A DNA stretch of 64,000 nt, taken from assembly GCA_003279605.1 (NCBI GenBank), contig QCHF01000002.1, positions 321,586 to 385,585 on the forward strand, read 5' to 3'. Below are positions 29,298 to 45,253 of the stretch, in pieces. The notes beneath the pieces were generated by a model. That model saw only the letters and a list, made by a program, of their open reading frames with translations. It was not told where the DNA came from and did no database searches. A program made the translations under genes and the position numbers. How positions within the stretch are numbered: the stretch's first letter is position 1; the number at the start of each line of letters is the position of its first letter. The stretch is from SAR86 cluster bacterium AG-390-O18 (lineage in GTDB: Bacteria; Pseudomonadota; Gammaproteobacteria; Magnimaribacterales; AG-339-G14).

Positions 29298-30629
29298 ATG
29301 AAGAAAGTCTTTATCCAAACCCATGGCTGTCAGATGAATGAATACGATTCAGCCAAAATGCTTGAGTTACTAGGCGAGAAAAGTAATTTTCAAACTACAG
29401 AAAATGAGTCAGAAGCAGATTTATTAGTCCTAAATACTTGTTCAATCAGAGAAAAAGCTCAAGAAAGGGTATTTCACCAGGTTGGTCGCTGGAAAGCTTT
29501 GAAGGAAAATAATCCCAACTTAAAGATTGCTGTTGGTGGCTGTGTTGCAAGCCAAGAAGGTGAAGCTATTTCAAAAAGAGCTCCTGCGGTAGACATTGTA
29601 TTTGGTCCGCAAACTCTGCATAAACTTCCAGATTTATATGAAGAATCTTCACAAGATGGAAAAAGAAAGCTTGATATTACCTTTCCAAAAATTGAAAAGT
29701 TCGATCATTTTCCTGAACCTAAAGCTGAAGGACCTTCCGCCTTTGTTTCTGTCATGGAAGGATGCAATAAATATTGTTCTTTTTGTGTGGTCCCACATAC
29801 CAGAGGGCATGAGGTCAGCAGACCGTTTGATGATATTTTGCAAGAAGTAACATCATTAGCGAATCAAGGAGTAAGAGAGATAAATTTTTTAGGACAAAAT
29901 GTAAATAATTTCAAAGGCGAAAAAGATGGAGAAAAATCTTCTTTAGCAGAATTGATTAGAGATGCTGCTAATATCGATAATATTGATCGTCTAAGATTTA
30001 CTACCAGCCATCCTTTTGAATTCAAAGATGATCTTGTAGATCTTTACCTAGATGTACCCGAGCTAGTCAGCCATGTTCATTTACCGGTTCAAAGTGGATC
30101 AGATAGGATCTTGAAGTTAATGAGAAGAAGGTATACCCGAAAGAGTTATTTGGATTTAGTAAATCGCATAAGAGCAAATCGTCCCGACATTAGTTTTTCT
30201 TCAGATTTTATAGTAGGTTTTCCGGGTGAGACTGAAGAAGACTTTCAAGATACTTTGGACGTTATCGATAGCGTTAAGTTCGATGAATCTTTTAGCTTCA
30301 TATACAGCCCAAGACCTAATACGCCAGCAGCCAAAATGGAAGACGATGTCAGCCTTGATGAAAAAAAAGAAAGATTGAATATTCTTCAAAATAAGTTAAA
30401 TAACTATTCCAGTCAGATCGCTCGCAAAATGGTTGGTACTATCGAAAAATGTTTAGTCACAGACATTTCAAAGAGAAATCCAGGAGAATTCCAAGCCAGA
30501 ACGGAAAATAATCGTGTTGTTAATTTTTCTTCAGCTAAAAACTTCATTGGAAGTTTCGTTGATTTAGAAATTGTTGAGGCCAAACCAAATTCCCTGAGAG
30601 GCAAATTTACCGGAGGTACAATTAATTAA
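29298..30629 (+). CDS. miaB: tRNA-2-methylthio-N6-dimethylallyladenosine synthase
   Basis: [20 protein letters not shown], radical [23 protein letters not shown] domain. Confidence 0.97.
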   Translation: MKKVFIQTHGCQMNEYDSAKMLELLGEKSNFQTTENESEADLLVLNTCSIREKAQERVFHQVGRWKALKENNPNLKIAVGGCVASQEGEAISKRAPAVDIVFGPQTLHKLPDLYEESSQDGKRKLDITFPKIEKFDHFPEPKAEGPSAFVSVMEGCNKYCSFCVVPHTRGHEVSRPFDDILQEVTSLANQGVREINFLGQNVNNFKGEKDGEKSSLAELIRDAANIDNIDRLRFTTSHPFEFKDDLVDLYLDVPELVSHVHLPVQSGSDRILKLMRRRYTRKSYLDLVNRIRANRPDISFSSDFIVGFPGETEEDFQDTLDVIDSVKFDESFSFIYSPRPNTPAAKMEDDVSLDEKKERLNILQNKLNNYSSQIARKMVGTIEKCLVTDISKRNPGEFQARTENNRVVNFSSAKNFIGSFVDLEIVEAKPNSLRGKFTGGTIN

Positions 30630-30632
30630 TTT

Positions 30633-31607
30633 ATGTCTGAATTGAAATTCAAACTTGAATCGGACGATTCAAAAAAACTATCAATAATTTGTGGTCCAGT
30701 AAACTCTAACTTATCTAAGATAGAGGATTCTCTTTCAATTAAAATCAAAAATAGAGGTAGTTTATTTTCTCTTTCCGGCGAAGATCAAAACATTTCAAAA
30801 GGTCGACTCGTTATTGAAGAACTTTTCAGTTTTGCCGATCAGTCAAAAGACATTTCTCCAAAAGAAATCCATTTTTTTATTTCCAAAGCTTTGAATCAGC
30901 CAAACGAATCAAAAAATTTTAAATTGGAGTTAAAAAGCACTTTTTCTCTGAAAACACCAAAATTAGAGGTCATTCCAAGAAACCAATCTCAAGAAGATTT
31001 CATCAATTCTATTTCTTCACATGATATTTCTTTTGGCATTGGACCAGCCGGTACTGGAAAAACTTATTTGGCTGTTGCGGTTGCTGTAAATTTATTTATT
31101 CAGAGGAAAATCAATAAAATAATTTTGACTAGGCCTTTGGTAGAGGCAGGCGAGAGACTTGGCTTCTTGCCAGGTGATTTGGCTCAAAAAGTAGATCCAT
31201 ACTTGCAGCCGCTCTATGATGCTTTGAACGAAATGTTAGGCTATGAAACCGTTAATAAATTCATTGAAAAAGGGAATATTGAATTGGCACCCTTGGCTTA
31301 TATGAGAGGAAGAACCTTAAATGATGCTTTTTTGATTTTAGACGAAGCTCAAAACTGTACTTCTATGCAAATGAAAATGTTTTTAACAAGATTAGGCTTC
31401 AATTCCAAGGCGGTCGTTACTGGAGATGTTACTCAGATAGACTTGCCATCCAAAAAAATGTCCGGACTGGCAGATGCTGTAAAGATTTTAGAAGGTCAAA
31501 AAGGAATCTCCTTTTTCCATTTCGCATCCAAAGACGTAGTCAGACATAATCTGGTACAAAGCATCATCGAAGCTTACGAAAAAAATTCAAAAAATAATGA
31601 AGATTGA
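30633..31607 (+). CDS. PhoH-like ATPase (YbeZ)
   Basis: GPAGTGKT, RP.VEAGE.LGFLPGD, PLAYMRGRTL, DEAQN, GDVTQIDLP. Confidence 0.93.
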   Translation: MSELKFKLESDDSKKLSIICGPVNSNLSKIEDSLSIKIKNRGSLFSLSGEDQNISKGRLVIEELFSFADQSKDISPKEIHFFISKALNQPNESKNFKLELKSTFSLKTPKLEVIPRNQSQEDFINSISSHDISFGIGPAGTGKTYLAVAVAVNLFIQRKINKIILTRPLVEAGERLGFLPGDLAQKVDPYLQPLYDALNEMLGYETVNKFIEKGNIELAPLAYMRGRTLNDAFLILDEAQNCTSMQMKMFLTRLGFNSKAVVTGDVTQIDLPSKKMSGLADAVKILEGQKGISFFHFASKDVVRHNLVQSIIEAYEKNSKNNED

Positions 31608-32058
31608 GCTAATCAACGATCACTACAAAAAAATTCCTGAGCCTTTTAAGAAAAAGGAAATAAAAAAACTCATCGATGCAGTTTTAGAAAAAATTGGTTC
31701 TGAGGAACTTGAAAACGGTCAAATCAATATCAAATATACGTCAGAAGAAGAAATAAAACTATTGAATGAGAAGTTTTACAATAAAGAAGGCGTAACAAAC
31801 GTTTTGGCTTTTACTAACAATCAAGAAACTCCTGAAAGCAAAGAGAGGTTAATTGGCGAGATTGCTATATGTATCAGTCAAATTGAAAAAGAAGCAAAAA
31901 TCTATAAAAAAGCAGTTGAGACTAGGCTGAAACACATGATTGTCCATGGCGTTTTACATCTTTTCGGCTTTGATCATCAAAAAAAAGGCGAACAAAAAGA
32001 GATGGAATTAGTAGAAGATGATATTATCACCAGCTGTCTTGGCGAGAGACCTTATTAA
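31597..32058 (+). CDS. ybeY: rRNA maturation endoribonuclease YbeY
   Basis: TNVLAF, HMIVHGVLHLFGFDH (H3xH5xH). Confidence 0.93.
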   Translation: MKIELINDHYKKIPEPFKKKEIKKLIDAVLEKIGSEELENGQINIKYTSEEEIKLLNEKFYNKEGVTNVLAFTNNQETPESKERLIGEIAICISQIEKEAKIYKKAVETRLKHMIVHGVLHLFGFDHQKKGEQKEMELVEDDIITSCLGERPY

Positions 32059-32061
32059 ATA

Positions 32062-32964
32062 ATGAAAGAAGAACCTCCAAGTATAAGTGCTCAACCTGAA
32101 AAGTTGGGCTTAATACAACGCATTAAAAGCTTCTTTAGGGATTTCCACATCAGAATTTCCTTCAAACCATCCAATCAAAAAGAGTTAACCTCTGTTTTAA
32201 GGGACGCAGAGGAAAACAACCTTATTGATAAAGGAGTTTTGGATATGATGGAAGAAACCATTGATTTTTCGTCCACTCCAGTAAAAGAAGTGATGGTGCC
32301 AAAAACCCAAGTTATATCCATCAAGGAGACTGAAGGTTTGGCTGAATTCTTACCTAGAATTTTAGAATCAGCACACTCTAGATTTCCAGTTTTTGATGAG
32401 CCTCAAGAAAAAATAAAAGGCATTCTGCTAGCAAAAGATTTATTGAAATTTGGTCCCGGTCTATTGGGACAAGATGAGAATTTAAGTTTTGATTTGTCTC
32501 AGATTTTAAGACCAATTAATTTCATTCCTGAAAGTAAAAAAATCAACATACTCTTGGAGGAATTCAAAACGAATAGAAGCCACATGGCTGCAGTTGTTGA
32601 TGAGTTTGGTGAAATCAGTGGGATTGTTACTATTGAAGATGTTCTAGAAGAAATTGTTGGAGAAATTATAGACGAAACCGATATCAGCGAATCTGAAGAT
32701 ATTATTCAATTAACTGAAAATGAGTTTAATGTTTCAGCCTTGACTGAAATTGAGACTTTTAATGATCGCTTTTCTTCGAATTTTGAAGCAACAGATTTTG
32801 ATACGATTGGCGGAATTGTCTTAAATTCCTTTGGAAAAATTCCTTTAGTGAACGATTCAATCGAAATACAAAATTTTCACTTTACGGTTCTAGCCGCAAA
32901 TAAAAGACAAATTTTAAAGCTGAGAATAAAGGTTTTAGAAACTATTTCTGAAGAGCTTAACTAG
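32062..32964 (+). CDS. corC: CBS-domain Mg/Co efflux protein CorC (YbeX)
   Basis: SAHSRFPV, HMAAVVDEFG, VTIEDVLEEIVGEI, DTIGG; after ybeY. Confidence 0.9.
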   Translation: MKEEPPSISAQPEKLGLIQRIKSFFRDFHIRISFKPSNQKELTSVLRDAEENNLIDKGVLDMMEETIDFSSTPVKEVMVPKTQVISIKETEGLAEFLPRILESAHSRFPVFDEPQEKIKGILLAKDLLKFGPGLLGQDENLSFDLSQILRPINFIPESKKINILLEEFKTNRSHMAAVVDEFGEISGIVTIEDVLEEIVGEIIDETDISESEDIIQLTENEFNVSALTEIETFNDRFSSNFEATDFDTIGGIVLNSFGKIPLVNDSIEIQNFHFTVLAANKRQILKLRIKVLETISEELN

Positions 32965-33859
32965 AATTTTCCTGAAGAATTTTCTTTAGCTCATTTCCAA
33001 GTAATTCAACATCTTGGACACCTCCATAATTAGGCCTTATGACTATAGCTATTTCTCTATGAGGACCAGATTCATTGAGATGTAAATTTTTTAGATCTGG
33101 ATTACCTGCCATCAACTGACTAATGGCCATCTTCGGCACCAAAGTAGTACCCATGCCGCTTTTTACAAATTGTACTAGGGTATTTAAAGAAGAAGCTTTG
33201 AAAGAAATATTGCTTGCTTGCTTCGTCATTTTGCATGCGGACAGTATATGATCTTTAAGACAATGTCCCTCTTCAAGTAACAGTAATTCAGATCGATCAA
33301 GTTCATTAGCTTTTATTTCTTTATCCTTGGAGCGAGCGTCATTTTTCTTAGTAATCCAAAAAAAGTCTTCTGCCCAAAATTTTATGGGTATCAAACCTTG
33401 AAGCTTGAAGGGCAGAGCAAGAATGGCCATATCCAAATCGCCATTTTTGACTTTATTAATGAGATCGTTTGACTGACCTTCAGAGATATTTAAATTCAAT
33501 TTAGGAAATTTAATACTCAAAGACTTTATAGCATGAGGCATTAAGAAGGGGCTTATGGTTGGGATGACTCCAAGAGATATTGGGTGCGAAAGTGGTTGTG
33601 AATTGTTTTCAGAAATTTTTTGAATATCTTCCAGTTGTATCTTAATACTCTTGTATTTCTTTAAAATTTCTTCACCCAATTTAGTAACAATTACTTTTTT
33701 ATTGTTTCTTTCAAAAATTTCAAAACCCAATTGTTTTTCCATTTCGGATATAGCATTACTCAAAGTGGAAGCGGAGACAAAACACTTATCTGCAGCATTT
33801 TTAAAGTGCATCTCTTTTTCAACCGCCAAGGCATAATTTATTTGCTTGATACTAACCAT
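32957..33859 (-). CDS. oxyR: LysR-family peroxide sensor OxyR
   Basis: LysR HTH; LLLEEGHCLKDHILSAC with both redox cysteines; divergent from katG. Confidence 0.88.
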   Translation of the reverse strand: MVSIKQINYALAVEKEMHFKNAADKCFVSASTLSNAISEMEKQLGFEIFERNNKKVIVTKLGEEILKKYKSIKIQLEDIQKISENNSQPLSHPISLGVIPTISPFLMPHAIKSLSIKFPKLNLNISEGQSNDLINKVKNGDLDMAILALPFKLQGLIPIKFWAEDFFWITKKNDARSKDKEIKANELDRSELLLLEEGHCLKDHILSACKMTKQASNISFKASSLNTLVQFVKSGMGTTLVPKMAISQLMAGNPDLKNLHLNESGPHREIAIVIRPNYGGVQDVELLGNELKKILQENSS

Positions 33860-33965
33860 TTATATTCGATTTTTTAGAACATTAAATAAGAAATATACAT
33901 ATTTAACAATATATAAAAAGATAGTTTAATATGAGAAGAATTTGTTTTTATATGAGGTGAAATAG

Positions 33966-36112
<2,147 letters not shown>

Positions 36113-36165
36113 CTCTTTAGTCGAAAGTTCTTCTTGGCTTTTAAATAGAATATAATAATGTTCTT

Positions 36166-36645
36166 ATGTCTCAAAAAGCCATATATCCCGGAACTTTCGA
36201 CCCAATCACTAAAGGTCATATAGATTTAGTCGAAAGAGCTTGCAAGCTCTTCGATAAAGTAGTTATTGCTATAGCAGCAAGTGAAGCCAAAAGTCCCTTA
36301 TTCACTCTAGAAGAAAGAATTGATATTTCAAAAAAGATCTTCAAAGGAAACGATCAAGTAGACATTATTGGTTTCTCTGGTTTGCTCGTTGATCTGGCCA
36401 AAGATAACGATGCCACTATTCTAATTAGAGGACTTCGAGTTGTAGCAGATTTTGAATATGAGTTTCAATTGGCAAATATGAATCGAGCTATGATGCCAGA
36501 ACTCGAAAGTGTATTTCTGACACCAGTAACCGAATACAGCTTTGTCAGCTCAAGCTTAGTGAAAGAAATTTGTAAAATGGGTGGCGACGTATCTTCTTTT
36601 GTGGATCCCATTTCTTTGGAGGAAATGAAAAAGAAGTTTGGCTAA
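36166..36645 (+). CDS. coaD: Phosphopantetheine adenylyltransferase
   Basis: [16 protein letters not shown]...[13 protein letters not shown]. Confidence 0.97.
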   Translation: MSQKAIYPGTFDPITKGHIDLVERACKLFDKVVIAIAASEAKSPLFTLEERIDISKKIFKGNDQVDIIGFSGLLVDLAKDNDATILIRGLRVVADFEYEFQLANMNRAMMPELESVFLTPVTEYSFVSSSLVKEICKMGGDVSSFVDPISLEEMKKKFG

Positions 36646-37457
36646 CTTTGACAGTTATTACAGTAAACAGTTGATCTATTTCCTAGTCTAATTTCTTTCA
36701 ATTCTTTTTTACAATTAAAGCACTCTTGCTTTCCTCTGCCATAAACTTCTAATTTTTTCTTGAAATAACCTGGCGCTTCTTCCGCATTACTATAGTCCTT
36801 CAGGGTTGTTCCGCCTTCAGAAATTGCTTCTTTCAATACTTCAATAATTTTAGAAGATAATATTTCATATTGATTTTTAGTTACTTTGCCTGCTTGTCTA
36901 GTAGGCCTAATGCCTGCTTTAAATAAGGCTTCGTTAGCATAAATATTTCCAACACCAACCACAATTTTTGCATTCATAATGAATTGTTTGACTGCCACAG
37001 ATTTTTTTCTAGATTTTTCAAATAAATACAATCCATTGAAACTATTTCCTAAAGGTTCTGGACCAAGGTCTTTTAATAACCTATGTTCCAGAGGGTTTTG
37101 CTTGGTTAAATCTAAAACCCCAAACTTTCTGATATCGGTATATCTCAATGTCCAGTTATCGGAAAAATTTAAATCCCAATGTTCATGTTTTTTTGGAGAT
37201 ACTTTTTTGTTGAACACTCTTAACTTACCAGACATCCCTAAATGTATGATTAAGGCACATTCATCTAGTTGAAAAATTATGTATTTACCTCGCCTAAAGG
37301 CATTATTAATTTTTTTGCCTTTAACTAATTTATTTATGTTGGTAGGAATTAGCCAACGCAGTTTTTTCTCGCGTGACACAAAAGAAATAATCTTTTTATT
37401 GAGAATTTTTTTTTCTATTCCCCTCAGGGTTGTTTCAACCTCAGGCAGTTCTGGCAT
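36642..37457 (-). CDS. mutM: Formamidopyrimidine-DNA glycosylase
   Basis: [25 protein letters not shown]-terminal Zn finger CFNC...CNNCQ. Confidence 0.97.
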   Translation of the reverse strand: MPELPEVETTLRGIEKKILNKKIISFVSREKKLRWLIPTNINKLVKGKKINNAFRRGKYIIFQLDECALIIHLGMSGKLRVFNKKVSPKKHEHWDLNFSDNWTLRYTDIRKFGVLDLTKQNPLEHRLLKDLGPEPLGNSFNGLYLFEKSRKKSVAVKQFIMNAKIVVGVGNIYANEALFKAGIRPTRQAGKVTKNQYEILSSKIIEVLKEAISEGGTTLKDYSNAEEAPGYFKKKLEVYGRGKQECFNCKKELKEIRLGNRSTVYCNNCQS

Positions 37458-38812
37458 TAACTATCTAGAAAACCACTGATCTCATAAATATCTGCTGGCG
37501 ATAAAATTCCTGAAGCTAATTTTAATTCTAAAGTGCTAATGATGTAATCGTACTTAGCAGCAATGAGATCTCTTTGTGCTGAAAAATAGTTTTTTTCTGC
37601 ATTTAATAAATCAACAATATTTCTAGTATTTTCTTCATATCCAACCATTGTTGCTTTAAGCGCAAAGTTTGAAGATTTTAAAGAAGCTTTCCTAGCATTC
37701 ACATTGGCTAAATTAGTTAATACCGAAGTAAATTTTGTTTTTACATCCCTAATTACCAATCTTTCTGCAAGAAGTTCTTGCTGATCTGCTTGCTCTGCTA
37801 AGGCTTTAGCTTCTCTTCTTTCTGCATGCAATAAGCCGCCTGTAATAATTGGCCAATTGAATTCCAAACTGTATCTAGTTTGCTCCACACCATTTGGGCC
37901 ATAAGTTACTGGTGGATTCGTTGCAGGATTGAAGCCAACAATACCTCTTGAGTTGTTTTGAGTAATGCTCGCAACCAAATCTATATCTGGAAAATGAGAG
38001 GCAAGCTTTGCCTGAGAATTTTTCTTAGCTGCTTTTGCGTTTAACTTAGAGGCTTTTAAGGTAAAACTATTTCCCAAAGCCAATTCAGCCCACTGATCTT
38101 GTTCGATTGGATCGGGTTTGCTTACGGGAAAATCATCATTTAAATCTTTTATATCAGGCGCATCTCCAATGATTGAAATCATTGCCTCTCTCGCAAATTC
38201 AAGTTGTCCTTCAGAAGCAATTTTTGAAACTTTAGCTAAATCATAGAATGCCTGAGCCTCTTGGAATTCAGATTTAGACGAGACTCCTTCTTCATAGAGT
38301 CGTTTGGTTCGATCTCTTTGTTTTTTAATAGATTGTTCTTCCAATCTAGCAACTTCAAGATTTTTTTTAGCTTTTAGAAGATTAAAATAAACGTTGGAGA
38401 TTCTGATAATGGTTTCTTGTTGTGAAAGTGCAAATTTTGCCTCTGCAGCATCGCCCAATGCTTTACCCTGAGAAAATTGAAACCATGTATCAACTCTGAA
38501 GATTGGCTGAATTAAATTAGCTGAATAATAATTAGAGTTGCTGCCTTGGGTATCAGTAAACAAAGCAGCATTTGATTCGGTATTTTTATTTTCATTCCAT
38601 GTAGTTCCCGCTCTAAGAGAAAGCTTAGGCAGCAAGCCTGCCATGGCTTTGTTTTTAATTTCTTTATTAGCATTGAATGTCGCTTCATCAATTTTCAGCT
38701 GCGGATCGTTCGTAAGGGCAAGCTCATAGACGTCTGCCAAAGTTGCAGAATGACCATAGGAGCTTAAAAATAAAAGGGATAAAGTTATTAGAAATGTTGT
38801 AAATTTTTCCAA
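37457..38812 (-). CDS. tolC: TolC family outer membrane protein
   Basis: Signal peptide, L.DVY.LAL.NDP, G.RNIVDLLNAE; start moved to TTG 38812 behind GAGGAG. Confidence 0.9.
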   Translation of the reverse strand: MEKFTTFLITLSLLFLSSYGHSATLADVYELALTNDPQLKIDEATFNANKEIKNKAMAGLLPKLSLRAGTTWNENKNTESNAALFTDTQGSNSNYYSANLIQPIFRVDTWFQFSQGKALGDAAEAKFALSQQETIIRISNVYFNLLKAKKNLEVARLEEQSIKKQRDRTKRLYEEGVSSKSEFQEAQAFYDLAKVSKIASEGQLEFAREAMISIIGDAPDIKDLNDDFPVSKPDPIEQDQWAELALGNSFTLKASKLNAKAAKKNSQAKLASHFPDIDLVASITQNNSRGIVGFNPATNPPVTYGPNGVEQTRYSLEFNWPIITGGLLHAERREAKALAEQADQQELLAERLVIRDVKTKFTSVLTNLANVNARKASLKSSNFALKATMVGYEENTRNIVDLLNAEKNYFSAQRDLIAAKYDYIISTLELKLASGILSPADIYEISGFLDS

Positions 38813-38897
38813 AAGAAGCTCCTCTTGAGTTAAATTATGCTTTGGAATGACATGATAATTTTTTGTAACCTTTTTTACCATTAAAATAATCAAATAA

Positions 38898-40655
<1,758 letters not shown>

Positions 40656-40657
40656 AG

Positions 40658-41134
40658 ATGAAACAACAAGGCGATCAAATTTCAGATGCTACTCTTAGAA
40701 AATTAGGATCTGAGGGCATCGATTCTATTCAATTAAATGAATACTCCAAAGACAAAAAGTTAGTTCTTATTGGAGTTCCTGGAGCATTTACTCCTACTTG
40801 CTCTATAAATCATGTCCCTGGATTTATTGAAAAAGCAGATGAAATTCTTGCTAAGGGAGTAGATGAAATAATCTGTATTTCAGTAACTAATCCTTGGATC
40901 ATGGATGCTTGGGGGAAAAATTTAAACGCAGATAAAATCACCATGTTATCGGACGGAAACTGTGAATTTACAGAGAGCATGGGCCTAATTATGGACGGTA
41001 GCGGCTTTGGTCTAGGGAAAGTATCATCGAGATATGCTGCTATCGTAGAAGACGGAAAGATAAATTGCTTACTTGCAGAAAAAGGCGGTGCATTTGAAGT
41101 AAGCAGTGCAGAAAATATTCTAGAACACTTATAA
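40658..41134 (+). CDS. Peroxiredoxin (Prx5/type 2)
   Basis: PGAFTPTCS.NHVPG, SV.NPW.M.AW, SDGN, SSRYA. Confidence 0.92.
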   Translation: MKQQGDQISDATLRKLGSEGIDSIQLNEYSKDKKLVLIGVPGAFTPTCSINHVPGFIEKADEILAKGVDEIICISVTNPWIMDAWGKNLNADKITMLSDGNCEFTESMGLIMDGSGFGLGKVSSRYAAIVEDGKINCLLAEKGGAFEVSSAENILEHL

Positions 41135-41136
41135 GC

Positions 41137-43032
41137 TTGGCTAATAGAGACTATACATCTGAATCCATTGAGGTGCTTTCGGGTCTAGAGCCCGTTAGAA
41201 AAAGGCCTGGAATGTATACCGATACGACCAGCCCCAATCACTTGGTGATGGAAGTGATTGATAACAGTGTGGATGAGGCTCTGGCTGGTCATGCAAAAGA
41301 AATTTCAGTTGTTTTAAATAAAGATTTTTCTGTATCTGTTGAAGATGATGGCAGAGGCATGCCAGTTGATATTCATCCTGAAGAAAAAGTACCAGGTGTG
41401 GAATTAATTTTTTCAAGATTGCATGCAGGGGCTAAGTTTTCAAACAAAGATTATGTTTTTTCTGGCGGTCTTCACGGTGTAGGTGTTTCAGTTGTAAATG
41501 CTCTTTCAACTTATCTTGATGCGGAAATAAAACGAGATGGAAAAAAGTATGAAATTAAATTTAAAGATAGTGTAAAGAAAAAGGATCTAAAGGTTATAGA
41601 TAGTGTTGGACAAAGAAATTCAGGAACTAAAATTTTATTCAAAGCTGACCCATCATTTTTTGATACTGAGAAAATTTCTGGGAAATATCTTTCCAATTCC
41701 CTGAAAGCAAAAGCCGTTCTTTGCCCAGGTCTTAAAATAAAATTTAAGGATGAGGTTAACAAGACAAAAGAAGAATGGTGTTTCGTTGATGGACTTGGAA
41801 AATATTTAAGTACTTCGTTAGGCGAAGGCGAATATCTTCCAGAAGAACCAATCGAAGGTGAGTTCGAGGATCAAGAAAACTCTCTTGTTTGGGCAGTGGC
41901 TTGGGAATTACGAGATCAGGAAAGTATTACAGAAAGTTATGTGAACCTAATTCCTACCATTCAAGGAGGTACGCATGTTGCTGGTATGCGAACTGGAATA
42001 ACTGATGCCTTAAAAGAGTTTTGTGAATATCGAAATTTAATCCCTAAAGGTGTAAAAGTTTCTGCGGAGGATGTCTGGAAAAATGCCTCATATGTTCTTT
42101 CCGCAAAACTAAAAGACCCACAATTTTCTGGGCAGACCAAAGAGAAATTGTCTTCGAAAGACTTTCAAACTATTGCAGCGAATATTACAAGAGATGCTTT
42201 CGCCATTTGGCTTAATAAGGAAACAGAGTTTGCTGAGAGAATTGCTAATATTGCAATCGATAACGCACAAAAAAGAGTCAAGGAAAGCAAATCTATTGAG
42301 AGAAAAAAAGTTACCAAAGGCGTAACTCTTCCAGGAAAACTTTCTGATTGCGTTTCATCTAATTACGAAGAAACCGAGTTGTTTTTAGTAGAAGGAGATT
42401 CAGCTGGGGGTTCAGCGAAACAAGCTAGGGATAGAAACTTTCAAGCAGTTATGGCTCTTAAAGGTAAAATTTTAAATACTTGGGAAGTTGATACCGATGC
42501 GGTAAATCAATCGCAAGAGGTAAAAGATATTGGCATGGCAATTGGATTGCAACCAGGATGTAGAGTCTTGGACGGTCTGAGATATGGCAAGATATGTATC
42601 TTGGCAGATGCAGATTCTGATGGCCTACACATTGCAACGTTAATTTGTGCTTTATTTCTCAAACATTTCAGACCTTTAGTAGAGGAAGGAAGGTTATATG
42701 TAGCACAACCTCCTTTATTCAGAATTGATCAAGGCAAGGATATTTATTACGCCTTGGATGAAAAAGAAAAAGACGACTTGGTTAAAAAACTTACAACACA
42801 AAATAAAAGAACCAAAGTTGAAATACAAAGATTCAAGGGTTTGGGTGAAATGAATCCTTCTCAGCTGAAAGAAACTACTATGTCTCAAGATGTAAGAAAA
42901 TTACTGCAACTTAAGTTAGAAAAAGGAAATAGTGCAACAACTATGTTCAACATGTTGCTCTCTAAAAAAAGAGCTCCAGATAGAAAAAGTTGGCTAGAAA
43001 ATAAAGGAGATTTAGCAAGTATCAATGAGTAA
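41137..43032 (+). CDS. parE: DNA topoisomerase IV subunit B
   Basis: [52 protein letters not shown]; TTG start. Confidence 0.97.
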   Translation: MANRDYTSESIEVLSGLEPVRKRPGMYTDTTSPNHLVMEVIDNSVDEALAGHAKEISVVLNKDFSVSVEDDGRGMPVDIHPEEKVPGVELIFSRLHAGAKFSNKDYVFSGGLHGVGVSVVNALSTYLDAEIKRDGKKYEIKFKDSVKKKDLKVIDSVGQRNSGTKILFKADPSFFDTEKISGKYLSNSLKAKAVLCPGLKIKFKDEVNKTKEEWCFVDGLGKYLSTSLGEGEYLPEEPIEGEFEDQENSLVWAVAWELRDQESITESYVNLIPTIQGGTHVAGMRTGITDALKEFCEYRNLIPKGVKVSAEDVWKNASYVLSAKLKDPQFSGQTKEKLSSKDFQTIAANITRDAFAIWLNKETEFAERIANIAIDNAQKRVKESKSIERKKVTKGVTLPGKLSDCVSSNYEETELFLVEGDSAGGSAKQARDRNFQAVMALKGKILNTWEVDTDAVNQSQEVKDIGMAIGLQPGCRVLDGLRYGKICILADADSDGLHIATLICALFLKHFRPLVEEGRLYVAQPPLFRIDQGKDIYYALDEKEKDDLVKKLTTQNKRTKVEIQRFKGLGEMNPSQLKETTMSQDVRKLLQLKLEKGNSATTMFNMLLSKKRAPDRKSWLENKGDLASINE

Positions 43033-45250
43033 AGAGAAAAGCCTGAGCATTGGTGGCTTTGCAGAGAAAGCCTATCTTGATTACTCCATGTATGTAATCT
43101 TAGATAGGGCACTTCCTTTTATCGGTGACGGCTTAAAGCCGGTTCAACGAAGAATAATTTATGCGATGTCGGAAATTGGATTGAAATCTACATCCAAGTT
43201 TAAGAAAAGCGCAAGAACCGTCGGCGAGGTGATAGGTAAATTTCATCCTCATGGAGACAATGCAGCCTATGAGGCAATGGTCTTAATGGCACAGAATTTC
43301 TCTACCAGGTATCCCTTGATTGAAGGACAAGGAAATTGGGGTTCTCTTGATGATCCAAAGAGTTTTGCAGCAGTAAGGTATACAGAGTGTAGGCTTTCAG
43401 CCTATGCGCAAGTATTGCTCTCGGAATTATCTCAAGGGACTGTAGATTGGGGACCAAATTTTGATGGTACTTTGATAGAGCCAAAATTTTTATCTTCAAG
43501 AATTCCAAATGTTTTACTCAACGGTGCTTCCGGTATTGCAGTTGGTATGGCAACAGATATTCCGCCGCATAATTTAAATGAAGTTGTGGATGCAACTATT
43601 GCCCTTATTGAATCTCCTAAACTTTCCGTAAAAGAGTTGTTAAAAATTATTCCAGCACCAGACTTTCCAACTAAGGCAGAAATTATTTCAACGCCTGAAG
43701 AACTTTTGGAAATGTATCAGACTGGAAGAGGAGCAGTTAAGTTAAGAGCAACATATGAAATAGAAAATGGTGAGGTTGTCATTACAGCTCTTCCATATCA
43801 GGTTTCAACAACAAGGATTCTAGAACAGATTGCTGCACAAATTGATTCAAAAAAAATGAATCTAATAGAAGATCTTAGAGACGAGAGCGATGGTGAAAAT
43901 CCTGTAAGAATTATTGTCGTACCGAGATCGAATCGGGTTGATAAAGATGCTTTGATGAGTCATCTCTTTGCTACAACAGATTTACAAAAGAACGTCAGAG
44001 TTAATCTGAATGTGATTGGTTTAAGCGGAAGGCCAAAAGTTTTTGATTTGAGGGAAATTCTTAAAGAATGGATCACTTTTAGAACACAAACTGTCAAAAG
44101 GAGGCTGCAACACAGATTAGATTGGCTCAACGATAGATTGCACATTCTTGAGGGTTTGATGATCGCTTATCTAAATTTAGATGAGGTAATTAAAATAATC
44201 AGAACTCATGACGATCCAAAAAAACAATTAATTAAAAAATTTAAACTTACTGAAATTCAAGCAAACGCTATTCTTGATATTCGCCTGCGCCAACTGGCAA
44301 AGCTTGAAGAACAAAGCATCATCGAAGAAAGGGATTCATTAAAAGCAGAAGCAAAGGAAATTGAAAAAATACTTAATTCTGCATCTCGCTTAAAAACTCT
44401 TATTAAAAAAGAGCTAAAAGAAGATCAGGAAGAATTTGGCGATGAAAGAAACAGCATGCTTGCCGAGGCAGAGGAAGCAAAAGCTTTTGACGAAAAGGAA
44501 CTCATTTCAAATGATCCAATGACGGTGGTTTTATCAGAAAAAGGTTGGATTCGAGCTGCTAAAGGACATGATGTGGATGTAGAAGGATTGCAATATAGAG
44601 AGGGCGATTCTTACTTATCTTCATCCTTTGCAAGAAACAGCCAAAATGCTGTTCTATTGGATAATTTTGGCAAAGCCTATACTTTACCCATTCATCAATT
44701 GCCATCTGCGAGAGGCCAAGGCGACCCAGTTTCAGGAAAGATTAATGCTCAATCTGGAGCAACTTTTCCTGGTGTGATTGCAGGATCAGAGGAAAGCTTG
44801 GCTGTCTTAGCGTCTAATTTAGGTTATGGTTTTGTGGTTAAATTGGGAGATCTGCAAACAAAAAACAAATCCGGTAAAGCGGCTTTGAATGCAAAGAATG
44901 CTAAGCCAATCACACCTAAAATTCTTTCAGCAGTTGAGGAAAATTATATTGCCTCGATTACTCAAGAAGGCAAAATGTTAATTATCGAGGCAGGCGAATT
45001 ACCAATTTTAGGAAAAGGTAAGGGTAATAAAATCATTTCGATTGATAAAAAGAAGTTTGAAGCTAAAGAAGACCAACTCATGTATTTAGTAACTTTCAAA
45101 AAAGGAGAGTCCATAAAACTTTACAGTGGTAAACAACATTTTGTTATTAAACCAAACGATTTAGAAAATTTTCTAGGAAATCGAGGTAGAAAAGGAAACT
45201 TCTTACCTAAAGGTTATCGCAAGGTTGATAAAGTCGAAGTAATCTCTTAG
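43025..45250 (+). CDS. parC: DNA topoisomerase IV subunit A
   Basis: [44 protein letters not shown]. Confidence 0.97.
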   Translation: MSKEKSLSIGGFAEKAYLDYSMYVILDRALPFIGDGLKPVQRRIIYAMSEIGLKSTSKFKKSARTVGEVIGKFHPHGDNAAYEAMVLMAQNFSTRYPLIEGQGNWGSLDDPKSFAAVRYTECRLSAYAQVLLSELSQGTVDWGPNFDGTLIEPKFLSSRIPNVLLNGASGIAVGMATDIPPHNLNEVVDATIALIESPKLSVKELLKIIPAPDFPTKAEIISTPEELLEMYQTGRGAVKLRATYEIENGEVVITALPYQVSTTRILEQIAAQIDSKKMNLIEDLRDESDGENPVRIIVVPRSNRVDKDALMSHLFATTDLQKNVRVNLNVIGLSGRPKVFDLREILKEWITFRTQTVKRRLQHRLDWLNDRLHILEGLMIAYLNLDEVIKIIRTHDDPKKQLIKKFKLTEIQANAILDIRLRQLAKLEEQSIIEERDSLKAEAKEIEKILNSASRLKTLIKKELKEDQEEFGDERNSMLAEAEEAKAFDEKELISNDPMTVVLSEKGWIRAAKGHDVDVEGLQYREGDSYLSSSFARNSQNAVLLDNFGKAYTLPIHQLPSARGQGDPVSGKINAQSGATFPGVIAGSEESLAVLASNLGYGFVVKLGDLQTKNKSGKAALNAKNAKPITPKILSAVEENYIASITQEGKMLIIEAGELPILGKGKGNKIISIDKKKFEAKEDQLMYLVTFKKGESIKLYSGKQHFVIKPNDLENFLGNRGRKGNFLPKGYRKVDKVEVIS

Positions 45251-45253
45251 TAA

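Noticed and set aside
33860-33965. OxyR operator in the oxyR/katG gap
   Set aside because: Expected biologically, but no convincing ATAG-N7-CTAT repeat could be located by eye.
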